From positions 1 through 58,391 of the forward strand of contig CAIRTT010000055.1 of the NCBI GenBank assembly GCA_903881535.1: a DNA stretch of 58,391 bases, in the 5' to 3' direction. The translations under genes and the position numbers were made by a program. The notes under the pieces are model-generated. The model searched no databases and was not told the DNA's origin. It saw nothing but the letters and a program-made list of their open reading frames with translations. Of the stretch, positions 35,098-43,709 are shown one piece after another; the first letter of the stretch is position 1, and every line of letters starts with the position of its first letter. This DNA is from an uncultured Armatimonadetes bacterium (GTDB lineage: Bacteria > Armatimonadota > Armatimonadia > Armatimonadales > Armatimonadaceae).

Positions 35098-35153
35098 GTG
35101 TTATACTCTAAGTACTGAAGCACGGTGCTTCAGTACTTAGAAAGGATAGAGAG
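35098..35153 (+). promoter_or_regulatory. cassette module F
   Basis: TGT-TATACT (-10 at 35102), 15-bp perfect UTR stem (35108..35122 paired with 35126..35140, loop cgg), leader CTTAGAAAGGATAGAGAG. Confidence 0.65.
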
Positions 35154-35342
35154 ATGAACGCACTTACAACACCCGACCAGATCCAAGCCTACCGCAGGCT
35201 AACCCTAATCCAGATGCTCAAGCTGGAAATCAGGGGGATGCATAAGAAAGGCCGAAGCGCCTACAGTATCCTGAAAGAAGAGACAGGACTGAAGGGCACA
35301 AGGCAGCAGCTGCTAGAGCAGCTAACCAAACCCACACAGTAA
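35154..35342 (+). CDS. hypothetical protein
   Basis: 62-aa ORF. Confidence 0.6.
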   Translation: MNALTTPDQIQAYRRLTLIQMLKLEIRGMHKKGRSAYSILKEETGLKGTRQQLLEQLTKPTQ

Positions 35343-35411
35343 CGCAACAGCGCTCCGCGGCCCCGCGGAGCGCATGCATGAGCCTTCCGACAAGGGGGGA
35401 GGGCCATAACG

Positions 35412-35450
35412 AGGCCCTAGCTCTAGAGCTAGGGCCTTCTCCCTGTTTTA
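35412..35450 (+). terminator. 26-bp perfect palindrome followed by a T-rich tail (terminator closing the cassette array)
   Basis: aggccctagctct/agagctagggcct (35412..35437), then tctccctgtttta. A second hairpin, gcgctccgcgg/ccgcggagcgc, lies at 35350..35373. Confidence 0.55.
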
Positions 35451-35552
35451 GCCCCAGAATTATGCCCAGAGAACCTGGACCCCCACCCCCAGAAAAGGCC
35501 CCCTTGGTCCGTGATCCGTGATCCTGGGTTATATTTATAAAAATTTCAAAAC

Positions 35553-37043
35553 GTGGCCCTTGGTCCACGCACCTATATGCAGCCAATTCCTGACGATGTC
35601 CAAGCGGAGCAGTTAAAACTTGAACTGCGGTTACGTACTTTGGAGGCGCATGATCGTGCAACCACGGGCTTTTTAGATTTCTGTCGATATGTGTGGCCGG
35701 AGATGTTGGTTGGTGAGCATCATTTGCGGATTGCGAAGGCGCTGGACAGGGTGGTTTCTGGAGAGTGCAAGCGGTTGATGATTGCGATGCCCCCGCGCCA
35801 TGGTAAGAGTCAGATGGGCAGTTATTTGTTTCCGGCATATCTCATGGGCCGTGATCCGACGTCCAAGTTAATTGTGGGATCCCACACGGCGGAGTTAGCG
35901 CAGCGTTTTGGCCGGATGATCAGGAACCTTGTGGATGATGAGCGGTACAAGGAGTTATTTCCTGGAACGTCTTTGTCGGTGGATTCCAAGGCTGCGGGCC
36001 GGTGGTCCACGAGCCAGGGAGGGGAGGCGTTTTTTATTGGTAAGGGTGGTGCAATGACGGGCCGCGGTGGTGACGTGGTTATTTTGGATGATATTTTGGA
36101 TGAGCAGGATGCGTTGTCGGATACGGCGATGGAGAACACGTTTGAGTGGTACACGTCGGGGCCTCGGCAGCGCCTGCAGCCCAATGGTTCTATTGTGGTG
36201 ATTAATACGCGGTGGAAGACGGATGATTTGACGGGGCGTTTGCTTAAGCAGCAGGGGAACTTGAAGGCGGATCAGTGGGAGGTGTTGGAGTTTCCGGCGA
36301 TCTTACCCAGTGGCAATGCCCTTTGGCCGGGGTACTGGAAGATTGAGGAGTTGGAGAAGGTCAAATTATCGATTGGGATGCAGAAGTGGAATGCTCAGTG
36401 GCAGCAGCAGCCTACGGGATCGGAGGGTGCGATCTTGAAGCGGGAGTGGTGGAGGAAGTGGAAGAATGATGTACCGCCTGTTTGTGAGTATGTGATCCAG
36501 AGTTATGACACGGCGTACTCTAAGAAGGAGACGGCGGATTATTCTGTGATATCCACGTGGGGTGTATTTTTTCCCAGTGCTGATTCGGGGCCAAATTTAA
36601 TTTTGTTGAATGTGCGCCGTGGTCGGTGGGACTTCCCGGAGTTAAAGCGTATTGCCAAGGACGAGTATCGGTACTGGAATCCTGACAATGTATTGATTGA
36701 GGCGAAGGCTACGGGTACGCCGTTGCAGCAGGAATTGAGGAAGATGGGGATACCGATTCAGATGTATTCTCCGGGGGGCAGGCGGCATGGTCAGGACAAG
36801 GTGAGCCGTGCGAACGCTGTGGCTCCGTTGTTGGAGAGCGGGATGATTTGGTATCCTGAGGATGAGGAGTGGGCGCAGGAGATGGTGGAGGAGTGCGCCG
36901 CGTTTCCTGTTGGGAGTCACGATGACCAGGTGGATTCAGCGGTAATGGCTTGGACGCGGTTTCGTGCTGGTAATTTCATTTCGCTGGAAGATGATGACAA
37001 CGAAGAGAAAGAGCCGGATAATAGGATACTGGAATATTATTAA
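35553..37043 (+). CDS. terL: terminase large subunit
   Basis: Walker A-like MPPRHGKS, Walker B VVILDDILDE, and nuclease motifs SYDTAYSKKETADYSV and GSHDDQVDSAVMAW. The start is ambiguous (GTG 35553 or ATG 35577) and neither has an RBS. Confidence 0.9.
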   Translation: MALGPRTYMQPIPDDVQAEQLKLELRLRTLEAHDRATTGFLDFCRYVWPEMLVGEHHLRIAKALDRVVSGECKRLMIAMPPRHGKSQMGSYLFPAYLMGRDPTSKLIVGSHTAELAQRFGRMIRNLVDDERYKELFPGTSLSVDSKAAGRWSTSQGGEAFFIGKGGAMTGRGGDVVILDDILDEQDALSDTAMENTFEWYTSGPRQRLQPNGSIVVINTRWKTDDLTGRLLKQQGNLKADQWEVLEFPAILPSGNALWPGYWKIEELEKVKLSIGMQKWNAQWQQQPTGSEGAILKREWWRKWKNDVPPVCEYVIQSYDTAYSKKETADYSVISTWGVFFPSADSGPNLILLNVRRGRWDFPELKRIAKDEYRYWNPDNVLIEAKATGTPLQQELRKMGIPIQMYSPGGRRHGQDKVSRANAVAPLLESGMIWYPEDEEWAQEMVEECAAFPVGSHDDQVDSAVMAWTRFRAGNFISLEDDDNEEKEPDNRILEYY

Positions 37044-37075
37044 CGCCAAAGAACGGCAAAGAAGGACCGCGAACC

Positions 37076-40000
37076 ATGGCCCAAGACATTATTGAAAAGA
37101 TTCGTGCGGCGGCGCAGGCGAAGGGCGTGGACCCTGACACGGCGCTGCGCATTGCGGGGGTGGAGAGTGAGTACACCCCGTCTGCTCAAAATACACGGTC
37201 CACGGCTGGTGGTTTGTTTCAGGTGATTGATGATACGTGGAAGCGGTATGGTGGCAAGCCTGGGATGAAGCATGATGTGGATGAGAACATCCGCGTGGGC
37301 ACGGACATCTTGGCGGACAACATGCAGAAGATGAAGCAGGCATTGGGCCGTGCGCCGCGGGCCTCGGAAGTTTATGCAGCGCATTTTTTTGGTCCTCAGG
37401 TAGCGCAGACGGTGTTGGCTACGGATCCTGATACGGCGTTGAACAAGGTGTTGACGCCCAAGGTTTTGGAAGCCAATCCGCAGTTGAGAAAAAAGACGGT
37501 GGGCCAGTTTGTTGGCGAGTTGCAGGCCAAGTTTGATAAGGAAGCCCCGGCTAAGGCGGTAGAGACTCCCGCGCAAAAGGAAATGCCTGATTTTGAAGCT
37601 GTGGGGCGCAGTCAGTTAACTGCGCAGGCGACCCCTGCTCCGCAGGACAGGATGCAGCAGCTACAGCAGCGCGTTGCGCAGTTGGGCCCGGGCTACCAAG
37701 CGGCTTTGGCTGCGGCGGTGTTGGCTGAAGATGATGATGAGGAAGCGGATGCAAGGAAAGAGGGCCGTGCTCGGGAGATGTTGGCGCAAGAAAACGCAGC
37801 GCCGCCCCCACAGCTGCTGGCCAATTTGAATATTCGTGCTTCCAACCCATTCCCGGAGGCCAAGATGGCCGAGGGTGGGGAGGTCAAGAATGAGGATGAG
37901 TCTCTAAGCGAGGACCAAGGGCAGGTGTACCCGGGCCGCGAAGAGGTAAGCCCATTTGCTTATGCGGGCAAGCACAAGACATCCACTGCCGATATTGAAA
38001 GCCTGATGGCGGGCTTGAATGTGGACAAAGCCACATTGGGTATTAATGTGGCCAGAATGAAACAAGGCGACAAAGATACTTTGGCGGGGGCCTTGATGGC
38101 TGCGTACAGGGAACGCGTGGGGGACGCAACAGTCAATGCTTCTGTGTCGCAACCCATTGGTTCGGGCGCTGCGGGTACTTACATGGGCGGGGCCAATATT
38201 TCCTATCCGGTGGGCCAGGGCCACGTCATGGCCGGGGTCAATGGAATGCGGGATTCGGAGCAAGGACCACGGGTCACGGGCTATAACTTGGGTTACTCGG
38301 GCAAGGTAGGTCCCGGCACTTTGGATGCATCGATTAATTTCCCCAAAGGGGCAAGCCCCATGGGCCAGCTGCAGTATCGCATCCCATTGGCCGAGGGTGG
38401 AGAGGTCAAGGAGCCATCCATACTAAGTTTGCTGGATTACTCTCGGTCCACGGCCCATGAAATGTACCCCGGGGAGCAGGGGCAGGATGATAAACAGGAT
38501 GCGGCGCGGCATATGTTGGCTGCGGCCACTTTGGCCAAAAAGGTAGGGCCTGATGTTGCTGAATTTTTAGGCAAAACGCATGAATTTATCACGTCCCCTG
38601 CCAAGGCAGCGTTGTATGCCATGGGTTTGGGGAAGATGCCCAAGGATTATGAGCAGGATTTGCACAATAACCGCCGGGGGATTGAGGTGGGCAAGGGTGC
38701 AAAGAGCCAGGCCGACTTGGAGCGCCTGATTAATCTGGATGTAGAGCGCGCAGCCAAACAAAAGATGTCTGATCGCCCGTGGGTGTACCGCGCGGGCGGT
38801 GGGGATGCAGAGCCAACGGCTGAAGAAATTGCGGCAGCATCTCAGCCAGCTAGGGTAAACCCCATGATCCAACGTCAGGGCGAAGCGGCCCGGCGTTTGG
38901 CACAGATGCGGGATGTGAACACGCTGCCTGATCCACGGACCTATGCAGCTGCTTCGGGGTTCATGGGCCAGGCTCCTGATGAGCAGGGTTTTTCCGTCAT
39001 GCATCCTGATGCTGCGGCAATTCGCAAAGCAGGGCAAGCAGGGTTTGCTGGCAGTTTTGTAGCCCCGGCCTTGGGTATGGTAATGTCTGGAATGGCCCCG
39101 TCAAGGGCGGCGCTGGGAACCAACTTGGCCAAGATGGAAGGCGCAGTCAAGCCGCGCGGGGGCACGTGGATGCCGTCTGGCAGGTTGGACGATCTGCTTG
39201 ACAATTACGCAAACGAGGCGTCGCGAGCTAATCCACAAAATGCTGACATTTACCGTGACATTATGGAAAAGAAAGCGCGCAAATATTTTCAAAATGATTT
39301 TGGCACGGCAGACGACAAATTACGCGTCGCTATTGCCAAAGGGGAAATTTCTTTATTTGGTAAAGATGTAGAGACGTTGCCGCCGTATTTGCTGGAAGCT
39401 GCGCGCAATCCTAACGCTGTTGGCCACGAAATAGCCAAGCGTCATTTGGAAAAAGGATACGACACCGCTGCCGATGTCCGTGGACAAATGTACACCGCTG
39501 ACAAACCAGAAGCATACACGTTAAGACAAGTAAAGGAAAACGAGATTCGTCAAAAAATGGAGCAGGAAGGCGTTCCCTTGGAATATCAAAACCACCCGTT
39601 TTACAACACGGTTGATTCGTCAGACATATCCAAATACCCATCCAATTACGAACAAGTAGGCCGTCTTTTGGAACAAGCGGATAAGGGGGTGTTGCCACCA
39701 AACCTGCTTCGCGCGCTTCAACAAAACGAAGTCATGTATGACGTGGGAACGCCAAGCCTGTCGTTGTTTGACGCCCGAGAAATTGGCAAGGGGATTGCGG
39801 CCCTGGATCCAAGCAAACTTAAGAGCATGAGCTTTGAGCAGATGGTAATTGAAAGCGCCAAAAAACTTGAGCCAATTCGAGACTACAACGCAGCAATTGA
39901 AAAAGCAGCATCAGGCGCGCAAGTTCCAAAAGAAGTGTTGTTTCGTTTTACGCAACCTGTTGTGGATACCGATGCGGGCAAATGGGTACAACTGACCGAC

Positions 40001-40456
40001 GCAATGGCCACCAAGATGGAAGGCAAGCTGATGAAGCACTCTGTGGGCGGATATGCCGAGGGCGATAGCTACGGTACGATGTATACAGGCTTGCCATATG
40101 GCGGCAAAAAGGCGTTTGACGACGGCCTTGTCAAGGTGTTCTCGCTGCGCAACGAAAAAGGCTACCCTACCACCACGCTGGAGATGGCCAAGAGCGCCCC
40201 GGACCCAGATGCACCATGGATTGTCACGCAGATCCGCGGCAAATTTAACTCTCAGCCGCCTGAACAAGAATTTGAATCGATCTTTAAGTTTTTGGACAAA
40301 CAGCCTGCAGACATTCAGATTAAAGCTGGTTCATACGCAAACAATGTTCGCGGCGAACAGGCTCAAGGCGGAAGCCGTGTAAACTGGGAAAAAGCGTATG
40401 ATGACTACCGCTTCAACCCCGGCTCAGAGTACAAAGATGCGATCACCGAATTCTGA
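37076..40456 (+). CDS. 1126-aa multidomain virion-associated protein with N-terminal SLT lytic transglycosylase domain
   Basis: The N-terminus IAGVESEYTPSAQNTRSTAGGLFQVIDDTW matches the SLT catalytic Glu-Ser context. Also has two AEGGEVK motifs and ARHMLAAATLAKKVG...THE. The rest is unassigned. Confidence 0.6.
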   Translation: MAQDIIEKIRAAAQAKGVDPDTALRIAGVESEYTPSAQNTRSTAGGLFQVIDDTWKRYGGKPGMKHDVDENIRVGTDILADNMQKMKQALGRAPRASEVYAAHFFGPQVAQTVLATDPDTALNKVLTPKVLEANPQLRKKTVGQFVGELQAKFDKEAPAKAVETPAQKEMPDFEAVGRSQLTAQATPAPQDRMQQLQQRVAQLGPGYQAALAAAVLAEDDDEEADARKEGRAREMLAQENAAPPPQLLANLNIRASNPFPEAKMAEGGEVKNEDESLSEDQGQVYPGREEVSPFAYAGKHKTSTADIESLMAGLNVDKATLGINVARMKQGDKDTLAGALMAAYRERVGDATVNASVSQPIGSGAAGTYMGGANISYPVGQGHVMAGVNGMRDSEQGPRVTGYNLGYSGKVGPGTLDASINFPKGASPMGQLQYRIPLAEGGEVKEPSILSLLDYSRSTAHEMYPGEQGQDDKQDAARHMLAAATLAKKVGPDVAEFLGKTHEFITSPAKAALYAMGLGKMPKDYEQDLHNNRRGIEVGKGAKSQADLERLINLDVERAAKQKMSDRPWVYRAGGGDAEPTAEEIAAASQPARVNPMIQRQGEAARRLAQMRDVNTLPDPRTYAAASGFMGQAPDEQGFSVMHPDAAAIRKAGQAGFAGSFVAPALGMVMSGMAPSRAALGTNLAKMEGAVKPRGGTWMPSGRLDDLLDNYANEASRANPQNADIYRDIMEKKARKYFQNDFGTADDKLRVAIAKGEISLFGKDVETLPPYLLEAARNPNAVGHEIAKRHLEKGYDTAADVRGQMYTADKPEAYTLRQVKENEIRQKMEQEGVPLEYQNHPFYNTVDSSDISKYPSNYEQVGRLLEQADKGVLPPNLLRALQQNEVMYDVGTPSLSLFDAREIGKGIAALDPSKLKSMSFEQMVIESAKKLEPIRDYNAAIEKAASGAQVPKEVLFRFTQPVVDTDAGKWVQLTDAMATKMEGKLMKHSVGGYAEGDSYGTMYTGLPYGGKKAFDDGLVKVFSLRNEKGYPTTTLEMAKSAPDPDAPWIVTQIRGKFNSQPPEQEFESIFKFLDKQPADIQIKAGSYANNVRGEQAQGGSRVNWEKAYDDYRFNPGSEYKDAITEF

Positions 40457-40473
40457 TCACGTAAGGAACAACC

Positions 40474-42828
40474 ATGGCAATTGAAAAACTAATGCGCGCA
40501 GACGATCTCCCAGCCGGAGATGTGGATGTTGAGGTAGATGAAGGTCCAGCGTTGGACGTGGACATAGAGTTTGATCAAGATACGGGTGATGTAATTGTTG
40601 GGATTGGTGAAGGCGAGGACGATGTCCCGTTTGACGCCAACCTTGCAGAGGTGGTGGACAAATCAGTGCTCACGGGCATTGGCGCAACATTGCTTTCTTT
40701 GTTTGAAGCGGACAAAGCATCGCGCAAAGACTGGGAAGACCAGTACAGCAAGGGCTTGAAGCTCTTGGGCTTCAACATCGAAGAGCGTACCCGTCCATTT
40801 AAGGGTGCGTGTGGCGTGAGCCACCCTTTACTCTCTGAATCCATTGTGCAATTTCAGTCGCAAGCGCTCAAAGAGTTGTTGCCAGCCGACGGTCCTGTTC
40901 GCACACAGGTGCTGGGCAAGGAAACGCGTGAAAAGATCATGCAGGCCGAGCGGGTGAGCGACTTCATGAACTACCAGATCACTTCGGTAATGGAAGAGTA
41001 CACACCCGAGTTCGACCAACTGTTGTTTTACACAGGCTACGGCGGATCCACCTTCAAGAAGGTGTACTACGATGAGGCCAAGGGCCGCATGGTCTCTGCT
41101 TTGGTGCTGCCAGACGACCTGTACATCCCGTACAACGGCTCAAGCGTGATGAGCGAATGCGAGCGCGTGACGCACCGCATTTATATGTCCACCAACGCGT
41201 ACAAGAAGGCCGTGATGCGCGGTCAATACTTGGATACCGCGATGGCGCAGGCGACCAACATCGGTTCGCAAACGCAGATCAGAAAAGAAGTTGACAAGCT
41301 CACCGGTATTTCGGCCACATCGGACGAAGAAGAGTTGAGCCTGTTGGAATTCGAGATTGAGTATGACCTCGAAGGCTTTGAACACAAGGATGAAGACGGT
41401 GAACCCACGGGTATGGCGCTGCCGTACATCATCACAATGGATGAGAACTCCATGGACGTGGTGGGTGTCCGCCGCAACTGGAAAGAGGGCGACAAGCTCT
41501 TCCGTCCAAAGCAATACTACGTGCATTACATGCTGGTCCAAGGCCCTGGGGCGTATGGCCTGGGCTTTTTGCAGCTGGTGGGCGGCTTGTCAAAGACCGC
41601 CACTGGCGCATTGCAGCAATTGATTGATGCGGGCACGTTGGTGAACTTGCCTGCAGGCTTTAAGGCCAAGGGCGCGCGGATCATGAACGATGACGTGCCG
41701 ATTCAACCGGGCGAGTGGCGCGATATCGATGTGGGGGGAGCGGAGATTCAGTCTTCTATGCTGCCACTACCCTACAAAGAGCCAAGCCAGACGTTGTTTG
41801 CACTGCTTGGTTTCTGTGTGGACGCCGGCCGGCGCATGGCCAGCATCACCGACATGCAAGTCGGTGACAGCAACCAGAATGCTGCTGTGGGCACCACCAT
41901 TGCGCTCTTGGAAAAGGGCAGCTCGGTCATGTCCGCAATTCACAAGCGCCTGCACTACAGCCAGCGCCTGGAATTTCAATTGTTGGCCAAGGGTTTTGGC
42001 GAGTTCCTCCCGGATGAGTACCCCTACGATGTGCCGGGCGAAAGCCGCACCATCAAACGCAAAGATTTTGATGATCGCTGCGTCAGTGTGCTACCTGTTT
42101 CTGACCCCAACATCTTCTCGGTTGCCCAACGCATCACCATGGCGCAGACGCAGCTGCAGTTGGCTCAGAGCGCACCGCAAATGCACAACATGTACGAGGC
42201 CTACCGCCGCATGTATGAAGCAATTGGTGTGCGGGATATTGATGGCATTTTGAACACGCAGAACGTGGACAAACCCAAGGACCCAGCCAGCGAAAACAGC
42301 CAGGCATTGGATGGCTCTCCGCTTAAGGCATTCTCTGGCCAACAGCATGACGCGCATATCACAGCTCACTTGCTGTTTGGTATGTCTCCCATGATGGGCA
42401 GTATGCCCAACGTGGCCACCAACATCCAGAAACACGTCTTTGAGCACATCACGCTTAAGGCGGAAGAAGAAGTTGAAGCGGAGATCTTCCGTCAATACGG
42501 CGTGGACCCCGGCCGCATGGTTTCTGCCTTGCAGCGTGAAGCTATGGTGGCTCTAAAGGTCACCCAGTTCTACCAACAAGTCAAGCAGGAGCAGACCCAA
42601 CTGTCCGGCGGGGACCAGCCGCCACCTGACCCATTGGTCGAGCTCAAGAAACAGGAGCTGGCGCAGTCTGCGCAGCGTGATCAAGCTAAGTCACAGATGG
42701 AACAGGCTCGTTTGCAGTTTGATCAGAAGCGCGAAACGGACGACATGCAGGTGGATCAGGCCAAATTGGCGATTCAAGCTGCTAAAAATGGACCACAAGG
42801 AGCCCGAAATGCCAATCAAGCCCAGTAA
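40474..42828 (+). CDS. portal protein
   Basis: 784 aa. The call rests on position between terL and the scaffold/capsid genes, an acidic N-terminus and a Gln-rich C-terminus. Family recognition is by context only. Confidence 0.7.
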   Translation: MAIEKLMRADDLPAGDVDVEVDEGPALDVDIEFDQDTGDVIVGIGEGEDDVPFDANLAEVVDKSVLTGIGATLLSLFEADKASRKDWEDQYSKGLKLLGFNIEERTRPFKGACGVSHPLLSESIVQFQSQALKELLPADGPVRTQVLGKETREKIMQAERVSDFMNYQITSVMEEYTPEFDQLLFYTGYGGSTFKKVYYDEAKGRMVSALVLPDDLYIPYNGSSVMSECERVTHRIYMSTNAYKKAVMRGQYLDTAMAQATNIGSQTQIRKEVDKLTGISATSDEEELSLLEFEIEYDLEGFEHKDEDGEPTGMALPYIITMDENSMDVVGVRRNWKEGDKLFRPKQYYVHYMLVQGPGAYGLGFLQLVGGLSKTATGALQQLIDAGTLVNLPAGFKAKGARIMNDDVPIQPGEWRDIDVGGAEIQSSMLPLPYKEPSQTLFALLGFCVDAGRRMASITDMQVGDSNQNAAVGTTIALLEKGSSVMSAIHKRLHYSQRLEFQLLAKGFGEFLPDEYPYDVPGESRTIKRKDFDDRCVSVLPVSDPNIFSVAQRITMAQTQLQLAQSAPQMHNMYEAYRRMYEAIGVRDIDGILNTQNVDKPKDPASENSQALDGSPLKAFSGQQHDAHITAHLLFGMSPMMGSMPNVATNIQKHVFEHITLKAEEEVEAEIFRQYGVDPGRMVSALQREAMVALKVTQFYQQVKQEQTQLSGGDQPPPDPLVELKKQELAQSAQRDQAKSQMEQARLQFDQKRETDDMQVDQAKLAIQAAKNGPQGARNANQAQ

Positions 42829-42964
42829 ATTACAAAAAACAGCGGCAAAAGCACCTAAACCGGTGCAGATGCCGGGCCCTAAACCAGTTGCCAAGGCGGA
42901 TACCCAGCCGGGCGTAACCTACGTTTACCGAAAAGATGCTTTTAAAAAGGTAAAATTGGCATAA
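42809..42964 (+). CDS. 51-aa Lys/Pro-rich protein
   Basis: MPIKPSKLQKTAAKAPKPVQMPGPKPVAKAD... with AAGGAG 6 nt upstream. Overlaps the end of the portal gene. Confidence 0.45.
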   Translation: MPIKPSKLQKTAAKAPKPVQMPGPKPVAKADTQPGVTYVYRKDAFKKVKLA

Positions 42965-42969
42965 AAACC

Positions 42970-42997
42970 TTGCACGTTATATTTCCCAGTGCATAAT
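42970..42997 (+). promoter_or_regulatory. sigma70-type promoter upstream of the head-assembly genes
   Basis: TTGCAC (42970) - 16 nt - CATAAT (42992). Confidence 0.45.
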
Positions 42998-43051
42998 GCA
43001 TTCGGAACCCTTCGGACAGGGGAGAAACTGTCTGCTTCATTGGAGTAATCC

Positions 43052-43237
43052 ATGCTTGAGTTTGCTGAAGCTGTGCAAAGCAGCATTAGAAGGTTGCAAC
43101 GGGACACCGAAGCAATGCTTGTGGCTGGAAAACCACAAAATATGGAGCAGTACAAGTTCCTTCTTGGCCGTTTGGAGGGTTTTAGGTTTATCGATGAGGC
43201 TGTCAAAGACCTCTTGATAAAAAATCCTGATAACTGA
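43052..43237 (+). CDS. hypothetical protein
   Basis: 61-aa ORF with GGAG upstream. Confidence 0.5.
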   Translation: MLEFAEAVQSSIRRLQRDTEAMLVAGKPQNMEQYKFLLGRLEGFRFIDEAVKDLLIKNPDN

Positions 43238-43247
43238 GGGCCAATAC

Positions 43248-43700
43248 ATGGAAATGACTGCGTTAGAGAAGAAGTGGGCCGAAGAATCTGAGGCAGCTGT
43301 GGCAGAAACAGCGGTTGCCGAGATATCTGAGAGCGGCCAGAACACGGAAGCAATCGGGGAGAGCATCCTTGAGCACCTTCCGCAGCCTACAGGGTGGCGA
43401 ATCGTCATCCTTCCTTACCGAGGTGCGGCGAAAAGCAAGGGCGGCATTGCCTTGGCTGATTCGACCATTGAACGGGCACAACTTTCCACCACTTGCGGGT
43501 ATGTTTTGGCGGTAGGCCCTCTGGCTTACGCAGATGAAGCCAAATTTCCCAATGGGCCATGGTGCAAAAAGGGTGATTGGATTATTTTTGGACGATATGC
43601 AGGCGCGCGCATGAATATCGACGGTGGCGAGATCCGAATCTTGAACGATGACGAGATCCTGGCCACGATCAAAGATCCCGAAGACATTTTGCACATGTAA
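43248..43700 (+). CDS. GroES/Cpn10-like co-chaperonin with acidic N-terminal extension
   Basis: Hand alignment to E. coli GroES gives these pairs: RIVIL/RVIV, KSKGGIAL/KSAGGIVL, GYVLAVG/GEVLAVG, KKGDWIIFGRYAG/KVGDIVIFNDGYG, ILNDDEILATI/IMSESDILAIV. Confidence 0.7.
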   Translation: MEMTALEKKWAEESEAAVAETAVAEISESGQNTEAIGESILEHLPQPTGWRIVILPYRGAAKSKGGIALADSTIERAQLSTTCGYVLAVGPLAYADEAKFPNGPWCKKGDWIIFGRYAGARMNIDGGEIRILNDDEILATIKDPEDILHM

Positions 43701-43709
43701 GGAACAGAT

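Noticed and set aside
35230-35838. 202-aa minus-strand ORF spanning the terL upstream region.
   Set aside because: It is antisense to terL and to a cassette ORF, crosses two palindromic terminators, and gives a Pro/Ala/Ser-rich product.
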